From Lama glama (Eukaryota), in contig CM052816.1 in NCBI GenBank assembly GCA_028534125.1, forward strand, positions 46,626,001 through 46,690,000: a DNA stretch of 64,000 nucleotides, read 5' to 3'. Shown piece after piece: positions 12,201-25,500 of the stretch; the stretch's first letter is position 1, and each line of letters begins with the position of its first letter. The notes below the pieces were generated by a model. It made no database searches. It was not told the DNA's origin and saw only the letters and a list, made by a program, of their open reading frames with translations. Both the position numbers and the translations under genes were made by a program.

Positions 12201-15200
12201 TACCTGTAGGTTTTCTAAAAATGTTGTTATTATAAAGCATATAAAAGACATTTATCTATGCCATAAATAAATTCAGCTGAATTTTTCATATCCTTGGGAA
12301 AAGAGTCATTTTTTTCCAAAGGGGAAAAGAATCCTACCTACATATAAAACAATACAAGAAATGAAAAGTTTGGGGGAAATACGTATTTTAGCTTTTGAGT
12401 TAAAAAAAAAAAAGTTCAGGGAAGCTCTGTTTATCCACAGCATGCATGCGTTCTCTGATTGTTTTTTTTTCCCCATCTTTAAATTTGTTCTAATGTTATC
12501 AGAATTGATTTTTAGTCTCAGTCATCCCAAAGGAACTGTCTTAAGTGAAGCTGTTATCGGGGAACTGGAATGAAGAACCAGCCTGCAAAGCTGTTACTAT
12601 GGTGCTCACATATCTGAAGAAATTTTTAGTGGAAATAAAATTCCAAAGCACTAAATTTAGAGGTATTTCGTTTCCTAGTAAGAGGTATAAAAATAGTACT
12701 ACTAGATACAATTTAAATTCCAAGGGGGAGATATTTATTTCTGTACGATGCTCAACCATGTACATTCTAGAAAGCCAGTTTCTTTCCACAGGCCTTGGGA
12801 CAAATTAAAAACCATGTTAAAAATTTTGGACCACCAAAAGGATAATATGTTTAAAAAAATCTTCATTTTCACATTTTCATATTAGTGCTGCTTTTAAGAT
12901 AAAACTTTATACAGTGAAGGCATAACTATTTGAAAATGTAGTTTTCTTCATGTATTTAAGAAAAAGTTTCTGAGAATGATACATAACTGTAGTCTCAGAA
13001 ATTACATTGTCTGTTACCTCACAGAGGACAGGGAGAATTAAAGAAAGGCATCAGTGTCCTGGCATAGTTGTTAGAATATTCAGGTTTAAGACATATATTT
13101 CATTAAAAGCAATTTCTGTAGCGTGCACAGTTAAAAAAATTCCCCTTTTCCGAAAATAAAAATTTCCAGAAATCATGACAAATTATAGTCCTGTAAGTAA
13201 AGTGATTATAAGCATCATATGTAAATATGTGTCTTCCTCTGCCTGCTCTTAAAAATATGTATCAGTTTCTCCAGCCAAATTGAATTCCAGAGGTGTTTCC
13301 TAAAGTTACTGCATGTAGAGGAAGATATTTTCTGAAATCACCTTTTAAATTTTAGTTTCATGATTAAGTCAACAGAAACAACAGAAAACAAGCCTACAAT
13401 AATATTACATTATTGAGAATATTACATCTATACTTCTCAGTTCATAAGAAGAACTGGCACCTCTCAAGAAACAAGATTAAAGTAGTTTCAGATCTACACT
13501 TTCATATGAGTGATAGATACACATATAATTATTGAAGAGGAGGAAATAAAGAACACTGTCATAATTCTCCCATCCATTATGTGTAATTTTATACATGTTG
13601 ATTTGAATGAAAAACTTTTAAAGATTAAGATTTGACAAGTGCAATAAAGAAAAAGATTCTGGACCTATGCCGTTCCATGCATACAGGAGAGAAGGATTTC
13701 TGTTATAATTGCCTTTGGTTTTATCTGTTCTTAAAAACTGTCTTTTAAATGAAATTTATTCAGAGAAACAATCCACAGCACCATCATGTAAACTGAAATG
13801 TAAACCTCATTTAACACAAACAAAGATGTTCATAATTTCAAAGATCATTCTAGGAAATGTGGTCACTATATGGGTTTCTTTCTATGATGAATTTGGAATC
13901 TGGGAGAAATTTGGGCTTATCAGAATAGAATTTCAAGACTAAAAGATACAATGCAGGGCAGCAGTGGGAAATTCCTGCTATTCTTTTACAAATATCTAAT
14001 TCAATACTTCTAATTATCAGTTTGCACCATGAAGGACCTATTCCTTCAAATACAGCAAATGTAGAGTCTTCGTCAAAGAATTCACACGATTTTCTAGGTA
14101 CACTTTTCATGTTACCATAATTTAATTTTCACCTCTATCTGACAAGGCTCGCTACAAACAGTGAAATCTAATAGGGAAAAAAAATTATAAAAGAAGTGAG
14201 TTTATTTTGCTATCATGTAAAATAGAACTCTAAAATGTAGCATACATAAAAATAAAATTTACTAAAGCTTTTTTTCCCTGACAAAACACTTAGAAAACAA
14301 TTTCTAAAAATGCCAGTTTAAAAACAGCTGAGCAACATTACACTATGAAAGTCACCTTTTTGTTAATTCCTTATTTATTGATAAAAGAAGTGTTTGCCTG
14401 TTTTTTTGTCACAGTGGCTGTATAACTATTTTTTTTTTATAGGCTGTCTTCTAAACATAATCTGCTAGCTTTCATCCACTTTTAGTTTTCATCCACTTTT
14501 GGTTTTTTAATGAAACCAGCCTTCCACCTTTTCTACTTGCTAGACAAAACGGATTAGAAAGTGATTCTCACGTTAATTTTACCAGAAGCTTAGACAGTGC
14601 CCATTGCACACTCAGCTACACAGATTTCTGGATTTTTGACTGTGTCTATGTAATTGTACCATGGATAGTATTTTGCAAATATTAAACCAATGTATTTAAT
14701 GACATTCCCTAAATCATGTTTCTTTGCAGTCTCTCACCTTCTGGGCAGAGCCAGGAAACTTACTGCCCTAGATCAGGATAAGAATTTAGTTTGAGAGAAG
14801 GGCTTTGTGGAGAGTAAATGGATTTGCTAAATTCTTTTAGTTCCTACTCAACATTTCAAGGACTCAGCCTGGAGGACTCCATCACAGAATTCTCACTCGT
14901 TATGAAGAGTACACCTTCCACCTATGCGCTCTCCAGGCTGAGCGGCTGGCCACTTAACAGTAGAAGGGTTTAGGACAAAGAGGAAAGGGAGCAAACCCCA
15001 CCCCTTCTGTTTCTGGGGGCTGAGGATGGTGGAGTGTAGGAAGCAATCCGAGACTACTTCCCAATTTCCCATTTTGGCTTTCATTCTTCTTAATGGTAAG
15101 CTGTGGGAAGCTCAAGGGAGGAGCAACCTCAAATTCTATATCTGACTGTAGAATGAACCTCCCTGACATCCCAGGGCTGCCCCACATCAAACTTCTGAGA

Positions 15201-17614
15201 GCTCATCCATTGGCTTTGAGCAATGGCTTTCCTAGACTCTGTTTCCAGGTGTCCTGGACAGACATCAGGCATCCCCACAGCACCCCTACCCCCATCCCAT
15301 GAGGAACTGATAAGGCAGCTGAGCTGAGAGCTAGCTGGCAAGGGGCCTCCATGGTAGAGGCTCATTCTGGACTTTCCACCAGGGAGCCACCTGGGGAATA
15401 AAGCAGAGAAAGCCAAAGTGAAGGTGAGTCAGCCAAGCCGATACAAATCGTCTGTGAGTGCCAGTAAGACAACAGGGACATTACCCTGAAAGCCAAAGGA
15501 TCAGAAGACTCCATACGAAAGATGCCAGCTCTTCCCCACTCCACCACTAGGAGTGGACAAAAGGCTGGGAAATCTGGGTGACCAAGCATGTTTTCCTAAA
15601 GGGGCTGCATTACCTAAGGGGATGGTTTTAATTATTGGGTTGGACTGAATTTTAGACTGCACAGGACTTTAAATTTATATGAGCCAGAGTAATTATAGAC
15701 AAAATAATGGAGCTAGATTTTCCAAGCACATCCAAGTTGCTATGTGAGTGAAGTCAGTGTTACATAACCAACACAAAGAAGAAAGTTTCTTTAGTAAAAA
15801 TAATTCCCTCTCCAGACACACATTCTGACACACGTACAAGATCACAACATGGTATTTGGTGAGGAAAGTGGGGTGGTCTTTTTTGACCTGAATTGTCCGC
15901 ACTGAATGACTATGTTAGTCAAACTGACCAAATAGCCATTTGGGTTTCCTTTTCGGTTTTTCTGTGTATGTATTAGTCCAAATTACCAGTTTAAAAACAA
16001 AAACAAAAAACTCACTCTTTCTTGGTTTACTCATCTGTAAGAACAGAATACTGGTTATAATAATATTATATAATAATGGTTATTTTAGGAACCAAATACC
16101 ATGATTTATGCGATGTTAAGGGCTTTTTGTAAATTGGCCAGCACAGTGTCTGGCACAGGTATCTCCATCCCTTCCTCACCTCATCTTCATACTCTTTCTG
16201 AGATCAGCCAGTCCAGACCTTCAGCATTACCACCATTTCACTTTCCATCATCATCATTTCAAAACCCTGATCACTAAGTTGGCAAGTCTTCTTTGCTCTT
16301 CACCTGAAATAGTTCTCATACCTTCCCCTTTCTCACTGCCATGACCTGCAGACTGGATCTCACTTCTTCTCTTTGGCACCTGGACCTTCTAACCAACTAT
16401 CTCTTATTGGATCCCTTCTCATTTGCAGACTCCAGCTGCTCATTCCTGTCTCCAAGACCCTCTCTATTTTTCTTTCCTCCCTTCTTTTCTCCTTTCTTTG
16501 TCTTCCTCCTTCTGTATCTTTCTTGTTCTTTTTTGTAACTTCCAGAAAAAATATGAAGACAGTTAAAAGGCTGAAATATATAACATGAATCAATTAAAAA
16601 TTAAGTCAAATAAAGATGAATCAAAGGGAGCAAAGAGGTAAATGTTAGAAGAACCTGAAATAGACCATTTCTCAGCTAAGGTCTTCATTTCACTCTGAGC
16701 ATTATGGCAGTTCAAGTGGAAAGACAGGTATTGTTTTGATGGTCATGAACTCAGAATTTTAAAACAACTTACATTATATTTAATAGTCACATTTCAAAAT
16801 TTGAAATTAGTTACAGAGTAAGAATATTTTCCAAGGAAGTGCTGAAAAATTCTAGCTTTTTAAAAAGTTGGTGTATTATTAATACACATTACAACATTAT
16901 CTATCAACAAAAAATACCTAGCACACAATTTCCTTAACATAATACATAAATATCAGAAACTCGATCAATTGGAATCTAGGTGGCTTAAAGCCTTAGCTAC
17001 CTGAATTTTCATTTCTTCACTCAAATGAGGAAAACAAAAATAAAGGAGGGAAAGTCACTAAATGAGGTTGTTACTCCAGGAGAGAAAAGAATTTCTAGGT
17101 ATCCCCTAAAAGATGCAACTCAATTTTCTATACCATTTCATATTAATTTTCTCTATAGAGATCATCAGTACTCGTAATGATGTACACACACCACAGTCTT
17201 AGCATCCAGCACAGGGCTTTGCCCATTTCAAATTGTCCATAAACTTTTAGTTTTGAATGAATGAAGACTCTGATGTACTATAAAACCTTTCAATGCAGAA
17301 CTATAAGTACCTCTTACAATGAAGACCTGTCTCCTGATTTTATTTCAAACAGAAAAAATAACAACCACCACCGTTATTTGGAGACCGTAGCAGCCATCAA
17401 TGAGCCTGCACAAGCATCTCACTTGATACTCATAAGAGAACTGGCTTTCTCAGAGGTGAAACAAGTTGACTGGGATTAGGCACCTAGTAAACAGCGATGC
17501 CGGAGCTTGAACACAGCTTTGCCAAACACTTTTCACAGCCCCAGTCAGCTTCAATTGATTGATTAATTAAATGAGAGTGATTAATTGCAAGCAGCTGGAG
17601 CCTGTGTCACTGAG

Positions 17615-18058
17615 AGTATATTCTTCACTGCAGTCTCATCCAGGCCCAGTTTGACGTCCTCATTCCCTTTTATGTACTTTAGCCAAATAGATGGTAGAAA
17701 AGATAAATGGAGACAAAGGAGTTGGGTGACAGGCTGCATGTGTATAATGTATGTTTCAAAAATTGGGCAGATATGACTTAAGGACAACTTGCTGAGGGCT
17801 TCCGGGAAGGAGGTTCCTGAGATACTCCTATGTCTCCTCAGGACATAAGAGGGAAAACAGGCGGCCCAGTGTCAGCTGCTGTGACCATGAAGGAAGCTCT
17901 GAAAGGCAGGGGGAAAAGACAGGAAAATACCCAGTTTCCTGAATGAAATGCAGCCGCTTCCATGACACCGCCTTTCAGTTTGGAGGCCCTTACACTCCTG
18001 TGGAGCCAACTTGAACTGGGTTTTTTCCTCTTGCAACCAAAAATATACCACTGATAGA
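17615..18058 (+). mobile_element. Ancient MaLR solo LTR (MLT1J/K-like)
   Basis: GGGCTTCCGGGAAG mid-section and 3' end TTGAACTGGGTTTTTTCCTCTTGCAACCAAAAA...CTGATA resemble MLT1 LTRs; boundaries approximate. Confidence 0.55.
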
Positions 18059-21000
18059 AGAAAGAAGTGGGAGTGGAAGGCAGTTTCCCCCTTCTCGCCC
18101 ATTTCAGCCTTATATGTGAAAGGCATCAGAGTGGCATTGGTACTCTATGTGTTGCAGTTTGAAAGTGCTTAAGAACCTTGTGGACTCACAAGATGTGGAT
18201 ACTGAGGTCTAAACAGTGCACAAGGGGACCAGCAGATGCCTTTACGAGGAAACAGAACAGCCCCCTTCATCCTATACATCTCAGTATGTCAGTGGATATC
18301 CCATCTGGCTTACAGGTGACAGAAATGAAAAAAAAAAAGTTGAGGAAAAATCAGACTAGATGGGAATGCATAAATGGAACGTCCTCTGATCGGATCTCCT
18401 CTGCTCCAGAGGGAAAAGGGAAGCTTTCCACCCATGCTGGGCATTCTGTGTCTATTTTCTGGGCTTTGCCCTATCCCAGGCCTCTCTCCACACTGAAAGG
18501 CCACGGAGAAAATAGACCTCACCGAAGCACAAGTCAGAGTGACCCACAGTGCAGTTCTGGAAGACAGCCAGCCCCCCAGCACTGATGTGGTCCCACTGAA
18601 CCCCTCTGGGGTGGACACATGTAGAGATTTGGTGACAGCGAGCCATCGCGGCAGCTGGCGCACAAGGAGCTGAAGTGGAGTCACTGCGAGAAGGGTGGGC
18701 GGCAGAGATGCTCCAGAAAGCACTGAAGTGTAATTTCAGGCGATGCCGCATTGTTTTGGAATTCGGGAAACCACAGGCGTAAACAGGCCAAGCTGGCCTG
18801 CAGAAGGCAAAAATAAGGCAGAACTTTTTTTCCTGACCCAACAGAGAAACCAGATCAAAGCTTTGGAGCAGTTGGCATGCAGCTTCAGCTCTACCATGTT
18901 GATTCCTTCTGTTTCCAGCTGTTCATTGTGTGCCTACTACATGTCACACACTCTCTGACACAGGAGTGTTACAACAGGCAAGAGATAATTCCTTTTTCTG
19001 ATGCAAAACTGGAAATGGCCAAACTCAGATGTGCAAAAACTGTATCTTTTTTTAATAACAATTTTTATTTCAAGCCCCCACTCACACAGTGGCAGAAATC
19101 AGGTTTCTCTAAGTCCTCTCCTCTGGGTTGCCTCTAACTTCCAAGGGGCTTGAAAAGTGGCAGGGAGTCTGCAGAGCAGAGCAAGGGTGACAAATCCAGT
19201 CCCCGCAGTATCGGCTCTCCTCACGAGACTCTTTGGGAAAGGGCCCGCTTTTCTGAGCTGATGCTGGGCCATCCTTGTCTTTCAAGAAGAAAGACCTCAC
19301 CAGGTCTCACTAGCATCTAAGCTCCCCTGGTCTCTTCTGAACTCTCTTCACTTCCTGGAACCCATGAAATCTCTGCCTGCCCTGAGCTGAGGAGGGCACA
19401 ACAGAAACTAATCCTTTATTCTTTCAAATCTATTTTCTAAATTAGGACCTTAATTTTGAGTTACAAAGACAAAGAAGCTGACTCCTTTATTGTTCCTTGT
19501 TGTAGTTTTTGTCCCTTTGCTGAAGTAGCCTTGATTCCTGAATGCAGAGGAAGGCTAGTTAGGGGTTACAGAAAATACTAGGAAGACAGAAGCACTGCGT
19601 AGTATTTTAAAAGATGATCTCACTGCAATAGAGCTAAGTTTTTCTTTGAGAAGATGGGACATTTGTCACAATATATAAAGAAAAAACAATACATGAGCCA
19701 GGCCTTGAAAAGAAATAGGTGTTCACTCAAAGAAGAAAGTAAAAGAGAATCAAAGATGTGAGCAAGACTTTACTTGTGTTTTTAGATCACAAACTAGTAC
19801 AGGATTTAAGAACAGTAAGCAAAACCTCATAGAAAATGAACATCATTAATGGAATGAAATGTCCACCATGAGTAAAAAAAATGACCATATGATACTTTAT
19901 TTTATGCGGTTAAATGTCAATTTGAAATTTGCATCCCTCTCTCACTTTAAAGGTCAAAAAACTGAAAAGTTTTAGTCAAGAAAAATACACTTTGGGTAAG
20001 GCCCCAAAGCAGAGGTCGGATACAAAATCAAGAGCTGTATATGTTCCTTTCTTCCTGCAGCAAGTACCTATCGGACTAGAGCCTTCCACTAGAATAACTG
20101 AGCAATGGAACACTGCATTGTGTATGAGAAGAGATCCCTAATGACCCTGCTACTTCTGAATTAGAAAATTTAGATGCATGTTACATAACTGTATGTTTGA
20201 TCAACTATATTGCCGAAGAAACAGGGAGACATGGTAGGCAAAAGCAATTATTCTCATCACCCACCTATCATCGTGAAGTTTCCTACCAGCAATTTGTATC
20301 ACCAATTCTGTCAGCAATGTGGAACCTTCCTTTACTGCAGCGAGACTCGTGTGGCTGTCCGTGTGCTGGAGAAGACTCCTAAGAATACACATCACTCTTC
20401 CCAATTTACATTTTCAGGATCCTGAACTTAAGCATGCTCAATGAATCTGACAGGGAGTGCTACTGAAGTCTCAACTCTAAATAAATAGTTTAAAATAAAA
20501 AGTTGTACAAATATCAGTCTCTGCCAATGATGCGGTTTGAGAGGGAGTGCTATAAACACAAAGTAAATTAAATGGGATCTACTTTTGTGGGGTAAAAGGC
20601 TACTTAAACTGGTTATTATAGAGAAAATTTTGTTGTGTGGTGCGACAGCACGTACCCATGTGGCTAACCTACAACTGGTAGGAGAAACAAATCCCACCCG
20701 TACCTAGGAGCGGTGCCACAGCCAGACCACAGCTCCTCTGAGGGATGAACTTAATTTGCTGAAAATGAAGGCCAGGCTCTGTTGCAGCTCATTAGCTGGT
20801 TACAGACACACTGCGAGAGAAGAAAGTGGAATTTAGTCGATGTTCCAACTTCTACATGTGCTGTGAATAAAACAGACTATTGTTTTTTTGATAAAGAAGT
20901 ATTGTTTTGAATGTGCAGAGTGGCTAAGTAAAGCCAGCAGAATTTTTTGGCCAAATATAGTCTCTTGCTCACTCCTAAAAATCCTAGCTTTCAAATTAGG

Positions 21001-21172
21001 AGCTGAAGTCATTGAAAAAAAAAAAAAGTTTACATTCCTGCAGCCTGCTGCAGCAAAGCCAAACAAATGTTTGGCTTAAAGCTCACTTACATCTCTTTCA
21101 TGAGCCTTTTCTTTAATATGGAAGTCTGAAAAATACCATTTCTTTTACAGAGTCATTTAATGCCAAGTGTTT

Positions 21173-21213
21173 TGTGTCTGAGTGTGAGTGTGAGTGTGTG
21201 TGTGTGTGTGTGT
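21173..21213 (+). repeat. (TGAGTG)n/(TG)n microsatellite
   Basis: Directly visible. Confidence 0.9.
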
Positions 21214-22521
21214 GGACATGCACACTCAGCAACAGTACTATAGGGTCAGTGTAGTGGTTTTAAAGCATGTGGGTCATATTCGAATTTAAAGAAACCATGG
21301 TTTTACAGCTTCTGGCATAATTTAGGTCACAGTCACAAACTGATTTTTTTTTAAGCATCATTAACCACTGAATGGACAAGGAATGTGTTATTTTCAAGGA
21401 GTTTCTTTGGTGCCAGTCCAGGCAATAAAAACCTAAGGACAGGGGTCAAACTGGGAGGGTAACCTAGTATGCAGTTGCCCTCCTCATGCACTTTTTTTAC
21501 CGTAGAAATTCAACGTGCTTTTTGGCTTTCGGTCTCTAAGGCCAAGCTGGATAACACAGAGTAACAGCACCAGTTCGTTGGAGCCAGGCACCTTGATGGT
21601 CAATTTCTGCGTAGGCAGTGGGACTGGTGACTTGCCACTCTGAAGAGCCCATTAGGATTACAAAGTTGTGGAACAGAATCCGCAGTGGTCTAGTATTTTT
21701 CAGGCTCATGGGTAGATTTTCCTTACAATAGTCTTCATGGATTAGTCAAATTTTTGCTATAATACAGTTAAGTTTTTTGTTATAGTGACGACCTTCATAG
21801 AAAACGAATTTCCAGTCAGCCAGCAGAAAATGGAACGGTTTAAATCAAGCTGCTTTGTAACTAATTGGCAACTGACACTCCACGCCAAGTCCTGAGGAAA
21901 TGGACCAGAGAGGGTCACGCGTGCATCGTTCTCACCCCTCACCTCCTGGCTGCCTATGGGCTCTGCACGATGGTGGCGTAATTTTGTTTTCAGGAGTAGT
22001 CTGATGTTGAAGGTAGACTTCCCAAGTGCACAGGGTTGGTGCATCAGAGGAAGGGGAGCAGAGTCAGGATGCCTTCCTGGTCAAGTAACAGCATGAGGAG
22101 CTACGGGGACTTCCCCAGACCAATTCTAGTTCCTTCTCAACCTTTAAACACTTTTAAAAAAGTCCTTTCACTACGGAGGGCAGTCATTACATGGAAGGCA
22201 TAAAATGAAGCATTTACTATAAAACATGATTTATATATTGAATTCTTTTTTCAGTAATATCAAAAACACTAGGTTTTTAATGTCATGTCCTCAGGACCCC
22301 CAAACTCACTCTTGAAGTGCCACTGTTTGTAGTGGCATTGGCGTTAACAGAATTTTACCTGCATAGATTTACCTGCATAATTTACGTCATCAGGAGAATA
22401 GTGACTGTATCAGCGTCAAAGGGAGAGTAGAAGAAACACAGATTTTACTGGACTTTTTTGCCAGTACTCCAGATAGCAATTCTTGTGCTTTTCACAAGTG
22501 TTTTAAGATATTATAATCTAC

Positions 22522-22575
22522 ACTATAATGAAACTAATATAATACTGTAAATCAACTATATTTCATTTTTTAAAA
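22522..22575 (+). mobile_element. Extremely 5'-truncated LINE-1 3' tail with TSD
   Basis: GAAACTAATATAATACTGTAAATCAACTATATTTCA resembles the L1 3' terminus; flanked by AAGATATTA(T/C)AATCTAC at 22505-22521 and 22576-22592. Confidence 0.75.
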
Positions 22576-25500
22576 AAGATATTACAATCTACCAAAGAAT
22601 GTTTTTGATTTATGCCAAAACTTCTGAGAATTAAGTCTTGGAGGGGCTATAAGAGAAAAAAAGATCATTTTCTGAGAGAATGGATGGGAACTGACTTCAA
22701 TTCTAAACATAGTACCATCTTATTAGTGAGATGGCCCCAGGTAGGCATTTTCCAAATGAGTATTTGTTGAGTATGTAAACTAAACATCTTCATTTTAATC
22801 ATTTTCATTAAATAATCTCTGAAATGTTTTCTAAATGCCCTGGCCTCCATAAAAAAAAAAAGTTTCAGAATACAAATGTCAAACTTTGTGTCATGTTATC
22901 ACTGAGTCTCCACTGTAGTTTACAGAACCATGTGTCCTGTTGTCCTGAACGATGGCTGCTTTCTCCTTCAGTCCCAGGTTCTCGGTCAGGACTTTCCTAC
23001 TGCTGTGCCTCTCATACACCATGTGTCTAATATCATTTCACCTCTCCCTTACAGTCTGTCCTGAGACAGAAAAAGCAATCTAAATGTGTTCACTACACTA
23101 AATAATAATCAGTAGGACTCTGGCTACAAACCCACCTCAGAAGACCTAGAAGTTTTGCAACTGCATTTTCTGCCAAAGGGCTTATAAGCTGCCAAAAGAT
23201 CAGTAGCCAGGTAAGTAAGGAGTCTGTGGTACACAAGTCCTGACACCTCCAGACTATTTCAAGAAGCCCAGAAATCCATATACAACTGAGATGTGAGTTG
23301 ACAACCAAATGAATTTTTCCTTAATAACCATTTAATTTCTGAGGCTAATTTATGTCCTAAACTTCCCTAATCCCACCTCATATTTAAACACTAGCTTACA
23401 GTTTACAAATAACTTCCACATAATGTTCTATTCCATTTTACCTTCCTAACATGAGTATGTTTGGCTTTTTCAGGCAACAAGGCATAGAAGCATATTCAAG
23501 AAGTTAGTATAAGGTGTTACAGGAAAGTAATCTTTAAAACAAGCCAAGGTGACACTGGATCTCACTCAGAGAGATAGTTCACTCACAGGGAGATAGTTCA
23601 GAGTACAGTGAACCCACACAGTCTGGTTATCACATGGTCACCCCAAAGCAAGGACAAGTCTCTCCCTTTGCTGTGTCTTCATCACTATTCTTATCTATTT
23701 TCTTACTTCGTAAATTCTTAGTAATACTTAAGACAAGTTAATAAAATATTTTAAAAATATTTTTTACTGTTCAAAATTTTTTAAAATTTAATAAAAATAT
23801 TGTCTACAAGATTAACTATTTAAAAACTACAAAAACATTAAAAATACTTTCAGTATTACATGAAGGATTAAATGCTACATACTTTAAATAACCAAATATA
23901 AAGATGGTACTTAACACTCACACACGCACATACAAAATGATTCACTAGTGAAAAGAAAAAATATTGAGCCTTTGTGTGTGAAACCTCTCTGGTAAACCAC
24001 AAATAACAAGTTCTACCTGAGTTTCCTTATATGGTTGGTGTTCAGTGAAAGATATAGATTTGAGATGTTATTGCTTTCACTTGGTCGAGAGAAAGAGGAC
24101 TCAGTTACTGAACTTCACCTCCTAGAATGTCAGAGCTTCTAGTCTGCCTGTTGTCTTGACTGCAAACTGGGCGTTCTCTTATATGAGGTGCTTTCACTTA
24201 GGAGAGACCACTTTTTTAAAGGAGAGAAACCCAAAAAGTCTCAAGCAAAATACAGAAATCTGTCAGGGACATAAAAGTCAGCCAAGAGGCATTAACACCA
24301 TGGTCTCCCCGGGGGGGAATGCAGAGCTTCCCTGACCAAGCCTTTCACAAGCGTCAGTCTTTGGTATCTTGAGAAAAGAAGCAACTCAAAAGGAAGTGCG
24401 GTGGAAATTTCCAAAATACAGAGAGTCTGTTTGGATAAAAACAGTGAAGACAGGCTTCTATATTTAATGACGGGGCCTGGGCTGCCCGTCTTCTGTGATC
24501 ACTGGCTCTGTGTGGCTCACTTTGGTGAGTTTATGATGGTGCAATCCTCTGATGAATGAAGCACTCCCTCCCCTTCGGGGCTGTTTATTCTTAGCTTATG
24601 CACACAAAGAGCAAAGAGAGTCGTCAACAACACATCCAGTTTATACAGCGAATGCTGCTAGGAGCCAGCTGACTCAAGTGAACCAAAGAGCCCTTGTATC
24701 CAGAACGTCCTTCATTCATTCATTCACACATGCAAATATTGACCCTGCACCTACTATGTGCCAGACACAACAACGGAAGAGGTTAACTGGGGGAAAGCGG
24801 AGAACAGGAACAGCGCAGTGGTAGCAAGGGAGGAAAGAGCGAAAAAATAGTTGGTATTTGTATTAATAAAAGGGGAGATTCTTTTCCCGACATCCTGTAA
24901 AAATGTGTGACTCTAACTTGTCGGTATTTCAATTAAGTTTGTTTCTAACTTGAACCGTAAGATTCCAGGGAAAGGGCCCCATGTTGATGGGGCCTTTACT
25001 ATTCTTACTGAAATTCCCATAGTCGTTGAAAAATAAATACATGCAAGTTCTCTAAAACAATTCAAACGCCATAATTTCAAGAGTACAGTGGAGATAATAA
25101 AAGATTTGGTCCTTTTTATAAAAAATATAAACTTCATAATTATAAATACCACAATGCATCCATTTTACAATTAGAAAATAAACAGATTAAAGTGAAGGCT
25201 CTCATAGCACCTAAATTCTAATACTCTTGACACAATCGTTTGGAAGAATGGAAGACAATGGCAGAGAATGGAAGACAAGGTTTTTTGGGGTAGGGGGGGC
25301 AGGCTGGAGTTTGGAAGAGTTGCAGATCACTTTATAGTTTTAAAAATCAACAGGAAAAAATTAGTAGTTCTGGCCAACGGCAGGCTGTTTTAATATCATT
25401 CTGTGAGTTGGGACCACAGAAATAGCACTTGTTCAGAAAATGTTTTCAAGTCATGATTTCTGGAAGTCACCCCACTTATCACTATGTCAGAATATTTTTC

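Noticed and set aside
14890..15690. Possible ancient LTR element
   Set aside because: The composition is suggestive, but I could not assign a family or termini by eye.
18178..18841. Overlapping 129-137 aa ORFs, or a CpG island
   Set aside because: The frames stay open because of locally higher GC and show no homology signal; the CpG patch is too short for an island.
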